Assembly (NCBI GenBank): GCA_017509785.1
Contig: JAFWOT010000012.1
Span: 1,544-65,543, forward strand
Length of the DNA stretch: 64,000 nucleotides
Reading direction: 5' to 3'
Source of the DNA: Clostridia bacterium
GTDB taxonomy: Bacteria; Bacillota; Clostridia; Christensenellales; CAG-138
Positions 24,701 through 32,362 of this stretch are shown here, one piece after another (positions within the stretch are counted from its first letter, which is position 1; each line of letters opens with the position of its first letter). Under the pieces are notes generated by a model. That model did no database searches. It worked only from the letters and a program-made list of their open reading frames with translations, and was not told the origin of the DNA. The position numbers and the translations under genes were made by a program.

Positions 24701-26105
24701 GTATTGGTGCTTTGGAAAAGACCAGAGTATCAAGATCGAACGTATTGTTCCTATGTATCCAATGAGCAAGGATGAGATCACGTATGAAAGGCTCATTAAA
24801 ATATTGTCCTTGTATCGTTTAACCCTTGGGCAAGCAAGGCAGGAAGAACTACTGGAATATCTGTTCCAGGAGTGTAAGAATCCGGAAGAGCTGAAAAAGC
24901 TTTTTATTGATTTAAGCCCGTTTACAAAGGAGGGCTATGCGGAGAGTAGACCACTTGATATCATTCAGAAAGGCGAAAGCGCCGCTCAGCAGGAACCCGC
25001 AAAAACGAAAAAACTGTCTGGCAAAGAGATTTTGATCGATCGCGCTATTCAGGCATATATCAAGGATTTTGATCGCAACAACCATCGTGATGACAATTCT
25101 CTGAGAGACGAGACCATCAAATGGAAAGCTGCGGCAAACTTTGCCCGGAATTGGGATGTGGATGCGGTTGATATGCTTTCCATGTGGAAGCGGTGTACTA
25201 AAAGTGCGTTTATTGATACCAGGCACAATCACCCTACGCAAGGAATAACACTACTCCTGAAAAATCCTGCAGAAGTGGACGGGGTTCGCAGCGCTTTCAA
25301 GGCCCTATTTGTTAAAGAAACAGATGATGTCGAGGGAAAATGGGATCGCATTCTGGCTTTCCTTGAGTACATTAATGGAAGGCTTACTGAACTGCATCCA
25401 AACTCGTCCATTTATCTTCAAACGAAAGAAGCTGTTCTTACATATTTGAACTTGTGGGATCCCGATCATAACTATCGATACAAACCAGCGCCGGCAAATA
25501 ATTGGGCGTCCTATATGGGATATACCGATTGGGAGTCCGGTCAGCGCTTCTCTCTTCGAAAGTACTATAAGATGTGCGACGAGATACAAGAAGTGGTTAA
25601 GAATCATGCAGAGCTGCTTCAAGTTCATCGCCAGAGATTCGAAAACGGAGATCCTGATTACGATAAAGAACTGCATATTTTGACGTTTGATATCCTTTAT
25701 TGCTTCTGGAGTTATGAGGATGCTCGACGGGAGGCTCTGGAAGAATATCAGGAGGCAATGAAACAGCAGCGGATAGATGACTTGGAAGATCAGCTATCCA
25801 AGATAAGAATCGAGATCAAAACAAAAGAAGGCTTGATCCGTGATCCGAATTGTCTGGGTATTAAAGTTCGGCATAAAAAGTTTGGCGCGGGAGAAGTAAA
25901 AAACATCGCAAACGGGAAGCTGGAAGTGTTGTTTGAAAGTGAGGGGACTAAACAGTTCTTATATCCCGCCGCTTTTGAGAATGGCTTCCTGCAACCGGAA
26001 GAACCTTCAATTATGGAGCAGTTTCGCCTTAATAAGACCTTGGAAGAAGAATTATTATTGCTTCGAGAGAAGGCTGAACAGCTTCAGTCTGAACTGGTTG
26101 AGTAA
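21708..26105 (+). CDS. SNF2/SF2-family helicase with a ~500-aa C-terminal extension
   Basis: Motif I ADEVGMGKT, motif II IMDEFQRF, motif III LLLSATP, motifs V/VI TSIGQEGLDFH...LEQREGRINRF. The C-terminus GIKVRHKKFGAGEVKNIANGKLEVLFESEGTKQFL resembles the PcrA/UvrD Tudor domain. Confidence 0.85.
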   Translation: MKFDIDRTEYLTMNVLKDFQRATVERIDALFRKGQGRILVADEVGMGKTLIARGVIVKTARLRLEEGDDLFKVVYICSNISIANQNIRKLKVSDSATIEGVSDTRLSMQHLKITQQELDPELRDGYIQLIPLTPDTSFRMTTGGGTVNERALMYAVLRRMPEFSDVLTELRSFLKYSVSKEDSWNYYIDLYEGYVKSCEDRTQGRYPYDLIDCIRDYDREESINALLKQHLQERMTKQHPSHSGTFVLNKLRVMFARLSTQMLEPDLVIMDEFQRFRFLINSDRESDTGILAHQFLEGGNVRILLLSATPYKLYSTLEEIDDAAGVDEHYREFLQVMDFLFKGNTKDFRKVWSDYNVALHELHDGDTSIIRVKDAAEDAMYQGVCRTERISVMESGDYTDDSSVKFPISVSEEDIRSFLAMGTLLKEIGASFSLPVDYAKSSPFLMSFMRNYKVKQHIERYFQKHTEDVKLADKDLLWVDPEQVNAYRALPASNARLEKLKELAFENHAEMYLWVPPSKPYYEMQGVYRNSHHFSKILVFSAWEMVPRMIGAMISYEAECRTVGRVCANAEGIEEKNRTYNAERRYPYPRLKFSVSGNTPQRMTLFCLLYPSATLADLFDPVQALNADLTLAEIEAGIRSQVMTRLRDLRKYTTAEMRTADARWYYIAPMLMDGIEYTENWIEALNRSMENASEDGEDGISSDRGNKAFSMHVGRLLELITQGDKLSLGPMPEDLTETLVNMTLGSPAVCIYRSNRKNVIYATALAKTFLNYFNTTESTAVIQLAAEQYRAESQDDTVYWKDVLLYCKNGCFQAMFDEYRHLISDAAGFSAASQKEARIQRTMLEDLRIHTASYDVDTYEKFQNRIQGEKGRNLMRAHYAVGFVNNEGTDNQKDANRKDSIRGAFNSPLKPFVLATTSIGQEGLDFHNYCRRIMHWNLPGNPIDLEQREGRINRFKCLAIRQNVAEKYGTIHFYDDIWKEMFEAAESEKASSQSDLVPYWCFGKDQSIKIERIVPMYPMSKDEITYERLIKILSLYRLTLGQARQEELLEYLFQECKNPEELKKLFIDLSPFTKEGYAESRPLDIIQKGESAAQQEPAKTKKLSGKEILIDRAIQAYIKDFDRNNHRDDNSLRDETIKWKAAANFARNWDVDAVDMLSMWKRCTKSAFIDTRHNHPTQGITLLLKNPAEVDGVRSAFKALFVKETDDVEGKWDRILAFLEYINGRLTELHPNSSIYLQTKEAVLTYLNLWDPDHNYRYKPAPANNWASYMGYTDWESGQRFSLRKYYKMCDEIQEVVKNHAELLQVHRQRFENGDPDYDKELHILTFDILYCFWSYEDARREALEEYQEAMKQQRIDDLEDQLSKIRIEIKTKEGLIRDPNCLGIKVRHKKFGAGEVKNIANGKLEVLFESEGTKQFLYPAAFENGFLQPEEPSIMEQFRLNKTLEEELLLLREKAEQLQSELVE

Positions 26106-26130
26106 TAATCCTTTCAGGTGGTGATCGAAG

Positions 26131-26805
26131 ATGGGTATTACCAAGACTGATTTCATGCGCGGAATGCAATGCCGGAAGATGTTATGGCTTGATAAACACA
26201 AGCCGAATCTGAAAGTCATTCCGCCAGAGGTACAAATGAGGCTTGACGCAGGAAATGACTTCGGTGACCGGGCTATGGCCATGTTTGGTGAGTATGAGGA
26301 GATGACTGTCTATCGCCCCGGGACAACCATTCCGGACACGAAGGCAATGGTCGAAAAGACGGCGGAGCATCTTGCGAAAGGCACTCCTGTGATCTGTGAG
26401 GCGGCGTTCATTTACTATAACAACTACTGTGCCGTGGATATTCTGCGAAAAACTGAGACGGGATACGATTTCTATGAGGTCAAGAATGCCCCGATGGTCT
26501 ATGACCAGTTCATCCGGGATGCTGGATTCCAGTATTACATCATGAATCGCTGCAAGCTGAACATTGGCAAAATCTTTATTGTGACCCACGGCGAGGACGA
26601 AGAGAATCCCTTTGTTTCGAACGATGTGACTGTAAAGGCCAAAGGATACGCAAAGTGGATCAACGATAACATCTGGGATTTAAATCGGATGCAGAAACAG
26701 CCGGAGGAAGTACAGATAGAGATTGGCGAGCAGTGCACGAAGCCCTATGAATGCTGGTATTACGGGTATTGCCACCATTTAAGCGAGGTTGAGGTGAATG
26801 AGTAA
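26131..26805 (+). CDS. Cas4/AddB-like PD-(D/E)xK nuclease with Fe-S cysteines (DUF2779-like)
   Basis: N-terminal GMQCRKMLWL. Catalytic-type motif DILRKTETGYDFYEVKN. C-terminal Cys cluster CTKPYECWYYGYC. Confidence 0.7.
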   Translation: MGITKTDFMRGMQCRKMLWLDKHKPNLKVIPPEVQMRLDAGNDFGDRAMAMFGEYEEMTVYRPGTTIPDTKAMVEKTAEHLAKGTPVICEAAFIYYNNYCAVDILRKTETGYDFYEVKNAPMVYDQFIRDAGFQYYIMNRCKLNIGKIFIVTHGEDEENPFVSNDVTVKAKGYAKWINDNIWDLNRMQKQPEEVQIEIGEQCTKPYECWYYGYCHHLSEVEVNE

Positions 26806-27235
26806 TTCTGATAATCCGAAAAATGGAGCACTTTTTCAATCGAGCGTTCGGGACTGGTTTCAGGATCATTATAAGATACCATTTGAGCTTGAGAAAAAGC
26901 TGCCTATAGGTAGCCCCTCTAAAGATCACAAGTTCGATATCGTTGATTCTGCCAACACGATTGCGATCGAATGCAAAAGATACACTTGGACGGAAACAGG
27001 CAATGTGCCCAGCGCGAAATTGGGTTTTTTGAACGAGGCTGCATTTTACTTGTCTTTTCTGCCTGACAGCTACAGCAAGTACATTGTTATGATGTATTCT
27101 TTCCATGAAAAGCGGAAAGAGACTTTGGCAGAATACTATTATCGGACATATCGCCATTTGCTAGGGGATATTCAGGTTGCAGAATTCGATCCTGCAAGCA
27201 ATACGATGAAAATCATTGGAGACGGAAATCATTAA
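26798..27235 (+). CDS. Small putative PD-(D/E)xK (restriction-endonuclease-fold) protein
   Basis: FDIVDSANTIAIECKRYTW fits D-x(n)-E-x-K. The gene overlaps the upstream gene by 8 nt. Confidence 0.4.
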   Translation: MSNSDNPKNGALFQSSVRDWFQDHYKIPFELEKKLPIGSPSKDHKFDIVDSANTIAIECKRYTWTETGNVPSAKLGFLNEAAFYLSFLPDSYSKYIVMMYSFHEKRKETLAEYYYRTYRHLLGDIQVAEFDPASNTMKIIGDGNH

Positions 27236-27269
27236 TGCCAAGGCTTTATAAACTACAAAGGATAAGCAA

Positions 27270-27788
27270 ATGAGACTACTGTTTGAAATTGATAAAAAGG
27301 ATTATGGTGGCTGCACACATACTTTTACACGGGATTCTGCCAGAAGTATCATTACCAAAAACGGTAAGATCGCCATGATTCACAGCTTGAAGTATGACTA
27401 CTATAAATTTCCGGGCGGGGGGATCGAGCCTGGGGAAAGCGCAGCTGATGCATTGATCAGGGAGACATCCGAGGAAGCCGGACTGATCGTGATCCCGGAT
27501 TCTATACGGGAATACGGATATGTCCACCGGATTCAGAAGAGCACGGTGAAAGAGGATGAGTATTTCGTGCAGGATAACTATTATTTCCTGTGCGACGTGG
27601 AAGACGGTATCAGGCCACAGAAGCTGGATGACTACGAATCAGACGAACATTTTACCCTGAAATATGTAAAGCCTGAAACTGCCATTCTCAGCAACCGGAC
27701 CAAAGACCATGGACCGAAGGATCCCGTAATGATTGAACGGGAGGCTCGAGTTCTTGAAATGTTACTGTCAGAAGGGCTGATAGAATAA
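27270..27788 (+). CDS. NUDIX hydrolase
   Basis: Nudix box GGGIEPGESAADALIRETSEEAGL. Confidence 0.85.
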   Translation: MRLLFEIDKKDYGGCTHTFTRDSARSIITKNGKIAMIHSLKYDYYKFPGGGIEPGESAADALIRETSEEAGLIVIPDSIREYGYVHRIQKSTVKEDEYFVQDNYYFLCDVEDGIRPQKLDDYESDEHFTLKYVKPETAILSNRTKDHGPKDPVMIEREARVLEMLLSEGLIE

Positions 27789-27839
27789 CAGATTCCGGTC
27801 TGTCGGGATGGGCCCCATAGTAAAAGTTTAACCAGAGGT

Positions 27840-27876
27840 CTCGGAGCAACACTGCTCCGAGGCCTCTTTCCTTTTG
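27840..27876 (+). terminator. Rho-independent terminator closing the defence operon
   Basis: CTCGGAGCA (27840-27848), loop ACAC, TGCTCCGAG (27853-27861), followed by GCCTCTTTCCTTTTG. Confidence 0.75.
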
Positions 27877-27933
27877 CGTTGACGCCTGCAGCCGTCAACG
27901 TGTCTATCTGGAGCAGAAATCCGTTTTGAAGCC

Positions 27934-27962
27934 TTGAAACCAGAACATATGTTTGCTATGAT
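27934..27962 (+). promoter_or_regulatory. Sigma-A promoter with an embedded LexA (Cheo-type) box
   Basis: TTGAAA (27934-27939), a 17-nt spacer, TATGAT (27957-27962). The spacer contains GAACATATGTTT (27943-27954), against the Firmicutes consensus GAAC-N4-GTTC. Confidence 0.6.
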
Positions 27963-28013
27963 AGCCACACCAAGCAGGAGCAAGCTGCTCCAGATAGAAA
28001 TGAGGTGGCTTTA

Positions 28014-28628
28014 ATGCAACACAAGAACGTTGAACTGATGAAACAGATCAATACCTATATCGGTGAGTTTTACCTCTCCCACGACAGGACGCCTTCTACT
28101 ACGGAGATCGCCAGAAAGTTCGGCATCTCCCGGAGCTCTGCCCAGCGGTACCTTGTCGCCATGAACGACAGCGGAATGCTCTCCTACAGCGGGGGCAAGC
28201 TCAAAGTCGATCAGATGACCAAGATCCGGACGGACCGTACAACGGCTCCTCTAGTCGGGTCTGTTCCCTGCGGCGAACTGACCTATGAAGAGGAAAATGT
28301 GGAATGCGTGATGACGCTTCCCACGGAGATCTTCGGATCCGGTCCTTTCTATCTGCTTCATGCTTCCGGAGATTCCATGGAGGACGAGGGCATCGAGGAT
28401 GGCGACCTGATCGTCGTCCGGATCTGCGAGGAAGCAAAGAAGGGTGATCTGGTAATCGCCCTGGATGCGGAGAACCGGAACACGCTGAAGAAGTTCGGCG
28501 GCATGAGCCGGAAGAATCACAAGGCCATACTCCAGTACTGCAATCAGGGCGTGTACGGCAACAAGGTCATCTATGTGGATCAGCTGGTCTGCCAGGGTGT
28601 GGTCAGCCATGTTATCAAGACAAAGTAA
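28014..28628 (+). CDS. LexA-like repressor (winged HTH + S24 peptidase)
   Basis: N-terminal HTH (TPSTTEIARKFGISRSSAQRYL). S24 catalytic serine context HASGDSMED and lysine context NTLKKF. A GTG at 28005 is an alternative start. Confidence 0.8.
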   Translation: MQHKNVELMKQINTYIGEFYLSHDRTPSTTEIARKFGISRSSAQRYLVAMNDSGMLSYSGGKLKVDQMTKIRTDRTTAPLVGSVPCGELTYEEENVECVMTLPTEIFGSGPFYLLHASGDSMEDEGIEDGDLIVVRICEEAKKGDLVIALDAENRNTLKKFGGMSRKNHKAILQYCNQGVYGNKVIYVDQLVCQGVVSHVIKTK

Positions 28629-28657
28629 TTAACGGTTGTTTCGAGGAGGAATTAGCG

Positions 28658-28879
28658 ATGGGACTTTACAATGTGGTCTGCCCCTGCTGCGGGCATGTAA
28701 ATAAGCATCTGTATCTTGAGGAGACGGAAGGCTTCTTTGAATGCGAAGCCTGCGGCCAGGTATCTTTTACAAAGGACTATATGACAGACACTTCATCGGG
28801 GGATGAAATCAAAAAACTGAAAAAGGCTATGACAGGAGCGATCTTCCCTGCTGGAGAAACATATAAGAAGGCGGTCTGA
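28658..28879 (+). CDS. Small zinc-ribbon protein
   Basis: CPCCGH...ECEACGQ. RBS GAGGAGG. Confidence 0.5.
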   Translation: MGLYNVVCPCCGHVNKHLYLEETEGFFECEACGQVSFTKDYMTDTSSGDEIKKLKKAMTGAIFPAGETYKKAV

Positions 28880-28880
28880 A

Positions 28881-29105
28881 GTGAGCAAGGTATATGTAAA
28901 TGTGCGCTGTGATCAGCAGCATAATGGAGCATTGTCTCCAAAAGAACTGATCTGGCCGGACGGGAGATCCTGGGTGATCAGTAAGACGCTGCACGTGGCA
29001 GCGCCGGTGGAGGATGAATTTGAAGGAATTCGCTACACGGTAATTATCGGTAGTGCGGAAAGATATATCTACAAAGCTGGTCACGCATGGTACGTGATGG
29101 CTTGA
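28881..29105 (+). CDS. Hypothetical protein
   Basis: GTG-initiated 74-codon frame packed tightly between neighbouring genes. No motif recognised. Confidence 0.35.
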   Translation: MSKVYVNVRCDQQHNGALSPKELIWPDGRSWVISKTLHVAAPVEDEFEGIRYTVIIGSAERYIYKAGHAWYVMA

Positions 29106-29123
29106 CAAGAGGAGGTGTTCAGG

Positions 29124-29867
29124 GTGAAGAAATTCACGACGAACGACGAGATCGAATCCCTCTGTGAAGCCATGATCAAAGACTTCTTTAAGCGCAGGCA
29201 TTACACCAATGTGCTCTGTGTCGATATTGAAGGCTTTGTCGAGGAATACCTGGGGATTCCCATCGTCTATGAGACCTTTGCCGAAGCAGATCCTGGGAGA
29301 ATCGGGTTTCTGGCAGATGGGAAGCGGCCGTTATCGGTCCACAGAGAAGGCATGACACAGCAGGTGGTTTTCCCGCAAAGGACAGCGGTGATAGAAAGTT
29401 TCCTGCTGAGTCCCAAAGAGAGCGCAAGGAAGCGTTTCACAATCGCTCACGAAGGCGCTCATGATGTTATCAACCGGCATATTCCTGCCCAAGCGAGCCC
29501 TGAAGCTGCATTTCACAGCGAGTATGATCCGGAAATGACGTATTCCAAAGATATGCTGAAGGAGATGCTGTCGGTCAACGAGAGCTTTACCAACAGGGCT
29601 GCAGCGTGTTTCCTGATGCCCAGTTTCCTGGTCGAGAGAGCATTGAAACGGTACAACAATTCCAGGAAGGTGATCGTCTATGAAGGCGGAGTCCTGGCAC
29701 AGGATCAGAAGTTCCTGATCCAGAAGATGGCCAATGCCATGGGCGTATCATACAGCGCTTTCCGCATCCGGCTGATGGAGCTGGATCAGTATGAAGTCCG
29801 TCCCGTGGAAGAATACCTGCATGCGGGACTGCGGTACGGAGGTGATCCAAATGCCGGCGGTTATTGA
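29124..29867 (+). CDS. ImmA/IrrE-family metallopeptidase
   Basis: HExxH motif in FTIAHEGAHDVINRH. GTG at 29124 lies 8 nt after AGGAGG; the ORF track starts at 29115. Confidence 0.7.
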   Translation: MKKFTTNDEIESLCEAMIKDFFKRRHYTNVLCVDIEGFVEEYLGIPIVYETFAEADPGRIGFLADGKRPLSVHREGMTQQVVFPQRTAVIESFLLSPKESARKRFTIAHEGAHDVINRHIPAQASPEAAFHSEYDPEMTYSKDMLKEMLSVNESFTNRAAACFLMPSFLVERALKRYNNSRKVIVYEGGVLAQDQKFLIQKMANAMGVSYSAFRIRLMELDQYEVRPVEEYLHAGLRYGGDPNAGGY

Positions 29868-30156
29868 GCGCCATGTGACGGCAGGGCCTGAGCTTCGGGA
29901 AAAGCTCGACCAGTCCAGAAAGCTGGCTCAGCAGCAGACAGCAAGGAGCATCCGATGCCCGAGCTGCGGCTTCTATCTTCTGGACGTCTACGGTCAGGGG
30001 CACTACCTGATCCGCGTCAAATGCAGGAAGTGCAAGTTCGATGAGACCATCGACACGGCACTCTTCCGGACGATGAGGAGCAAGAACAGAAGCTGCTGGC
30101 TTAAGAAAAGGAAACGAAGGATGAGCGCTTATGGAAAGGACCTACATATGTATTGA
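29851..30156 (+). CDS. Small zinc-ribbon protein
   Basis: CPSCG...CRKCKF. ATG at 29851 overlaps the upstream stop. Confidence 0.45.
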   Translation: MPAVIERHVTAGPELREKLDQSRKLAQQQTARSIRCPSCGFYLLDVYGQGHYLIRVKCRKCKFDETIDTALFRTMRSKNRSCWLKKRKRRMSAYGKDLHMY

Positions 30157-31528
30157 CCTGAAGTCCTACTATGCGTCCGTCGAATGTGTATACCGTGGAC
30201 TCGATCCGCTGAAGGCAAACCTGCTGGTGGCGGACGAGTCCCGGTCCGACCAGACGATCTGCCTGGCCGTTTCTCCCTCACTGAAAGCGATCGGTGTCCC
30301 GAGCCGTCCCAGGCTCTTTGAGGCCAAGCAGGCGATCCGGCAGTATGAAGCGCTGCATCATACCAGAATTGAATACATCATCGCCGTCCCGAGGATGGCG
30401 GAGTATGAGCGGATCTCCGCGAAGATCTATTCCATCTATCTTCGGTATGTGGCTCCTGAAGACATCCACGTCTATTCCATCGATGAGTGTTTTATCGATG
30501 TGACGGGCTATCTTCACGCTTATCGCAAGGACGCAGCAGCCTCCGGGACCAATCCGGCGCATCTCATGGCTATTACCATGATCCGGGATGTCTTGAAGGA
30601 GACCGGAATCACTGCGACAGTGGGTATCGGTACGAATCTGTATCTGGCCAAGGTTGCCATGGATATTGTGGCGAAGAAGCGTCCAGCGGATAAGGACGGC
30701 GTCCGGATCGCGGAGCTCAATGAGGATTCCTATAAGTTCTTGCTCTGGGATCACAAGCCGCTGACGGACTTCTGGCAGATCGGTCCTGGCAAGGCTAGGC
30801 GGCTGCAGTCCGCTTCCATGTTCACAATGGGGGATATTGCTCAGAGAACGCAGTGGGACGAGGAGTATTTCTACAAGACCTTCGGCATCGACGGCGAGAT
30901 CCTGATCGATCATGCCTGGGGCATTGAACCAGTCACCATGCAGGATATCAAGTCTTACAGGAGCGAAGGCCACAGTCTTTCAAACGGGCAGGTGCTTCCG
31001 AGACCCTATAAGTACCAGGAAGCGAAGCTGGTTTTCAAAGAGATGATCGAAGTGCTCTGCACGGATATGTTTTCAAAGAACCTGGTTACGAAATGCTGTA
31101 CCTAGTGGGTATCCTACGATTACAAGAGTCTGGAGGCCTGCCCCGGTTACAATGGTCCCTTGAGCATCGATTTCTACGGAAGGATCCATCCTAAGCACAG
31201 CAACGGTACGGTCAGGCTTCACACACTGACAAACAATTTAAACATCATCACAGAGCCGCTGGTCAGGCAGTTCGATGATAAAACAGACCACCGCCTTCTC
31301 TATCGGAGGCTGGGTGTCTGCGCAGCAGATGTAACAGAAGATCTGGGAGTATTTCAGATGAACATGTTTGTGGATTATGGGGCTCTGGAGAAAGATCGAC
31401 GCCTTCAGGGAGCCATGCTGGAGGTTCGGAAAAAGTTCGGAGCCAACGCCATCTTCAAAGGCATGAACCTGATGGAAGGCGCAACCACATTGGAACGGAA
31501 CCGGCAGATCGGAGGACACAAGGCTTAA
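30131..31528 (+). pseudogene. Y-family DNA polymerase (UmuC/DinB/UvrX-like) interrupted by one in-frame TAG
   Basis: The N-terminus YICIDLKSYYASVECVYRGLDP is typical. ORFs 30131-31105 and 31160-31528 are in the same frame. TAG at 31103-31105 is the only interruption (…LVTKCCT*WVSYDYKSLEACPGYNGPLSIDFYGR…). Confidence 0.8.
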
Positions 31529-31563
31529 GCCACTCTCCTGCCGGAGCGCAGGAGGTGTAAACG

Positions 31564-32115
31564 ATGAGTGCGATAGGCGTAATGGCGATGCCGGCAGATT
31601 TCCGGTATCGGGAGGTCTTCCTTAAAGGGAAACCAAGACATGATCAGTATGACCCATTCAGAGCCAAACATCCGAGAATGAACCGGGGCCACAGGGCAAA
31701 GATCTTTGCTCCGTTCGATGCCCTGAAAGGCTTCAACGAGGCTGTCTCAGCCAAGGATGTCCTATATGAAGACCGGATCGAGCTGAATCCGGAAGACTCG
31801 GAAGAGCTTGACCGGAGGCTTTCCATCCTTCATAACCTGACCTACAACAGCAGGATGGCAAGAGCCAACCGGGTGCAGGTTTCAGTGACGTATTATCAGC
31901 CTTGCCAGGACAAAGAACATGATGCGTATGGCCTGAGAGGCCAGTATCAGACCATCACCGGCATCTGCTGGAATGTGGATGCTGATGTGGAACGGACGAT
32001 TACGATCGATCGGATAAAGCTTTCCCTGGATGATGTCATCAGGATCGAAGCACCGGGAGATATCTTTAGAATCAACTGGGCAGATCCATGGGAAGAATCG
32101 GTTCGGGCTGAGTAA
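31564..32115 (+). CDS. YolD-like protein (usual partner of Firmicutes UmuC-like polymerases)
   Basis: KIFAPFDALKGFNEAV matches the YolD-like core. The gene lies immediately downstream of the polymerase. Confidence 0.6.
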   Translation: MSAIGVMAMPADFRYREVFLKGKPRHDQYDPFRAKHPRMNRGHRAKIFAPFDALKGFNEAVSAKDVLYEDRIELNPEDSEELDRRLSILHNLTYNSRMARANRVQVSVTYYQPCQDKEHDAYGLRGQYQTITGICWNVDADVERTITIDRIKLSLDDVIRIEAPGDIFRINWADPWEESVRAE

Positions 32116-32362
32116 TGCCCGGACGCAACACAACTGAATAACAAAAATCGACTTTAAATCGCGCAAGCGGAGCAGCCCCGGGAAACCGGACTGAGAAACT
32201 ACCAAGCACCGTACGAAGCCGAATCAAGAGATGGGATAACCATATCCTTCTCAAGATTCGATTCGACGGTGCTTTTCTTTTGCTCTCTTGCGTGAAATCA
32301 CATGTTCGACCGCTTTGTACGGCGATGGAGTCCTCTCCACTGCTCTGCGGAAAGGACAGAAC

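Noticed and set aside
31103-31105. TAG decoded as pyrrolysine, or as programmed recoding.
   Set aside because: There are no pyl genes or PYLIS-like evidence in the window. A nonsense mutation or a sequencing error is the simpler explanation, so I kept it only as a pseudogene/read-through question.
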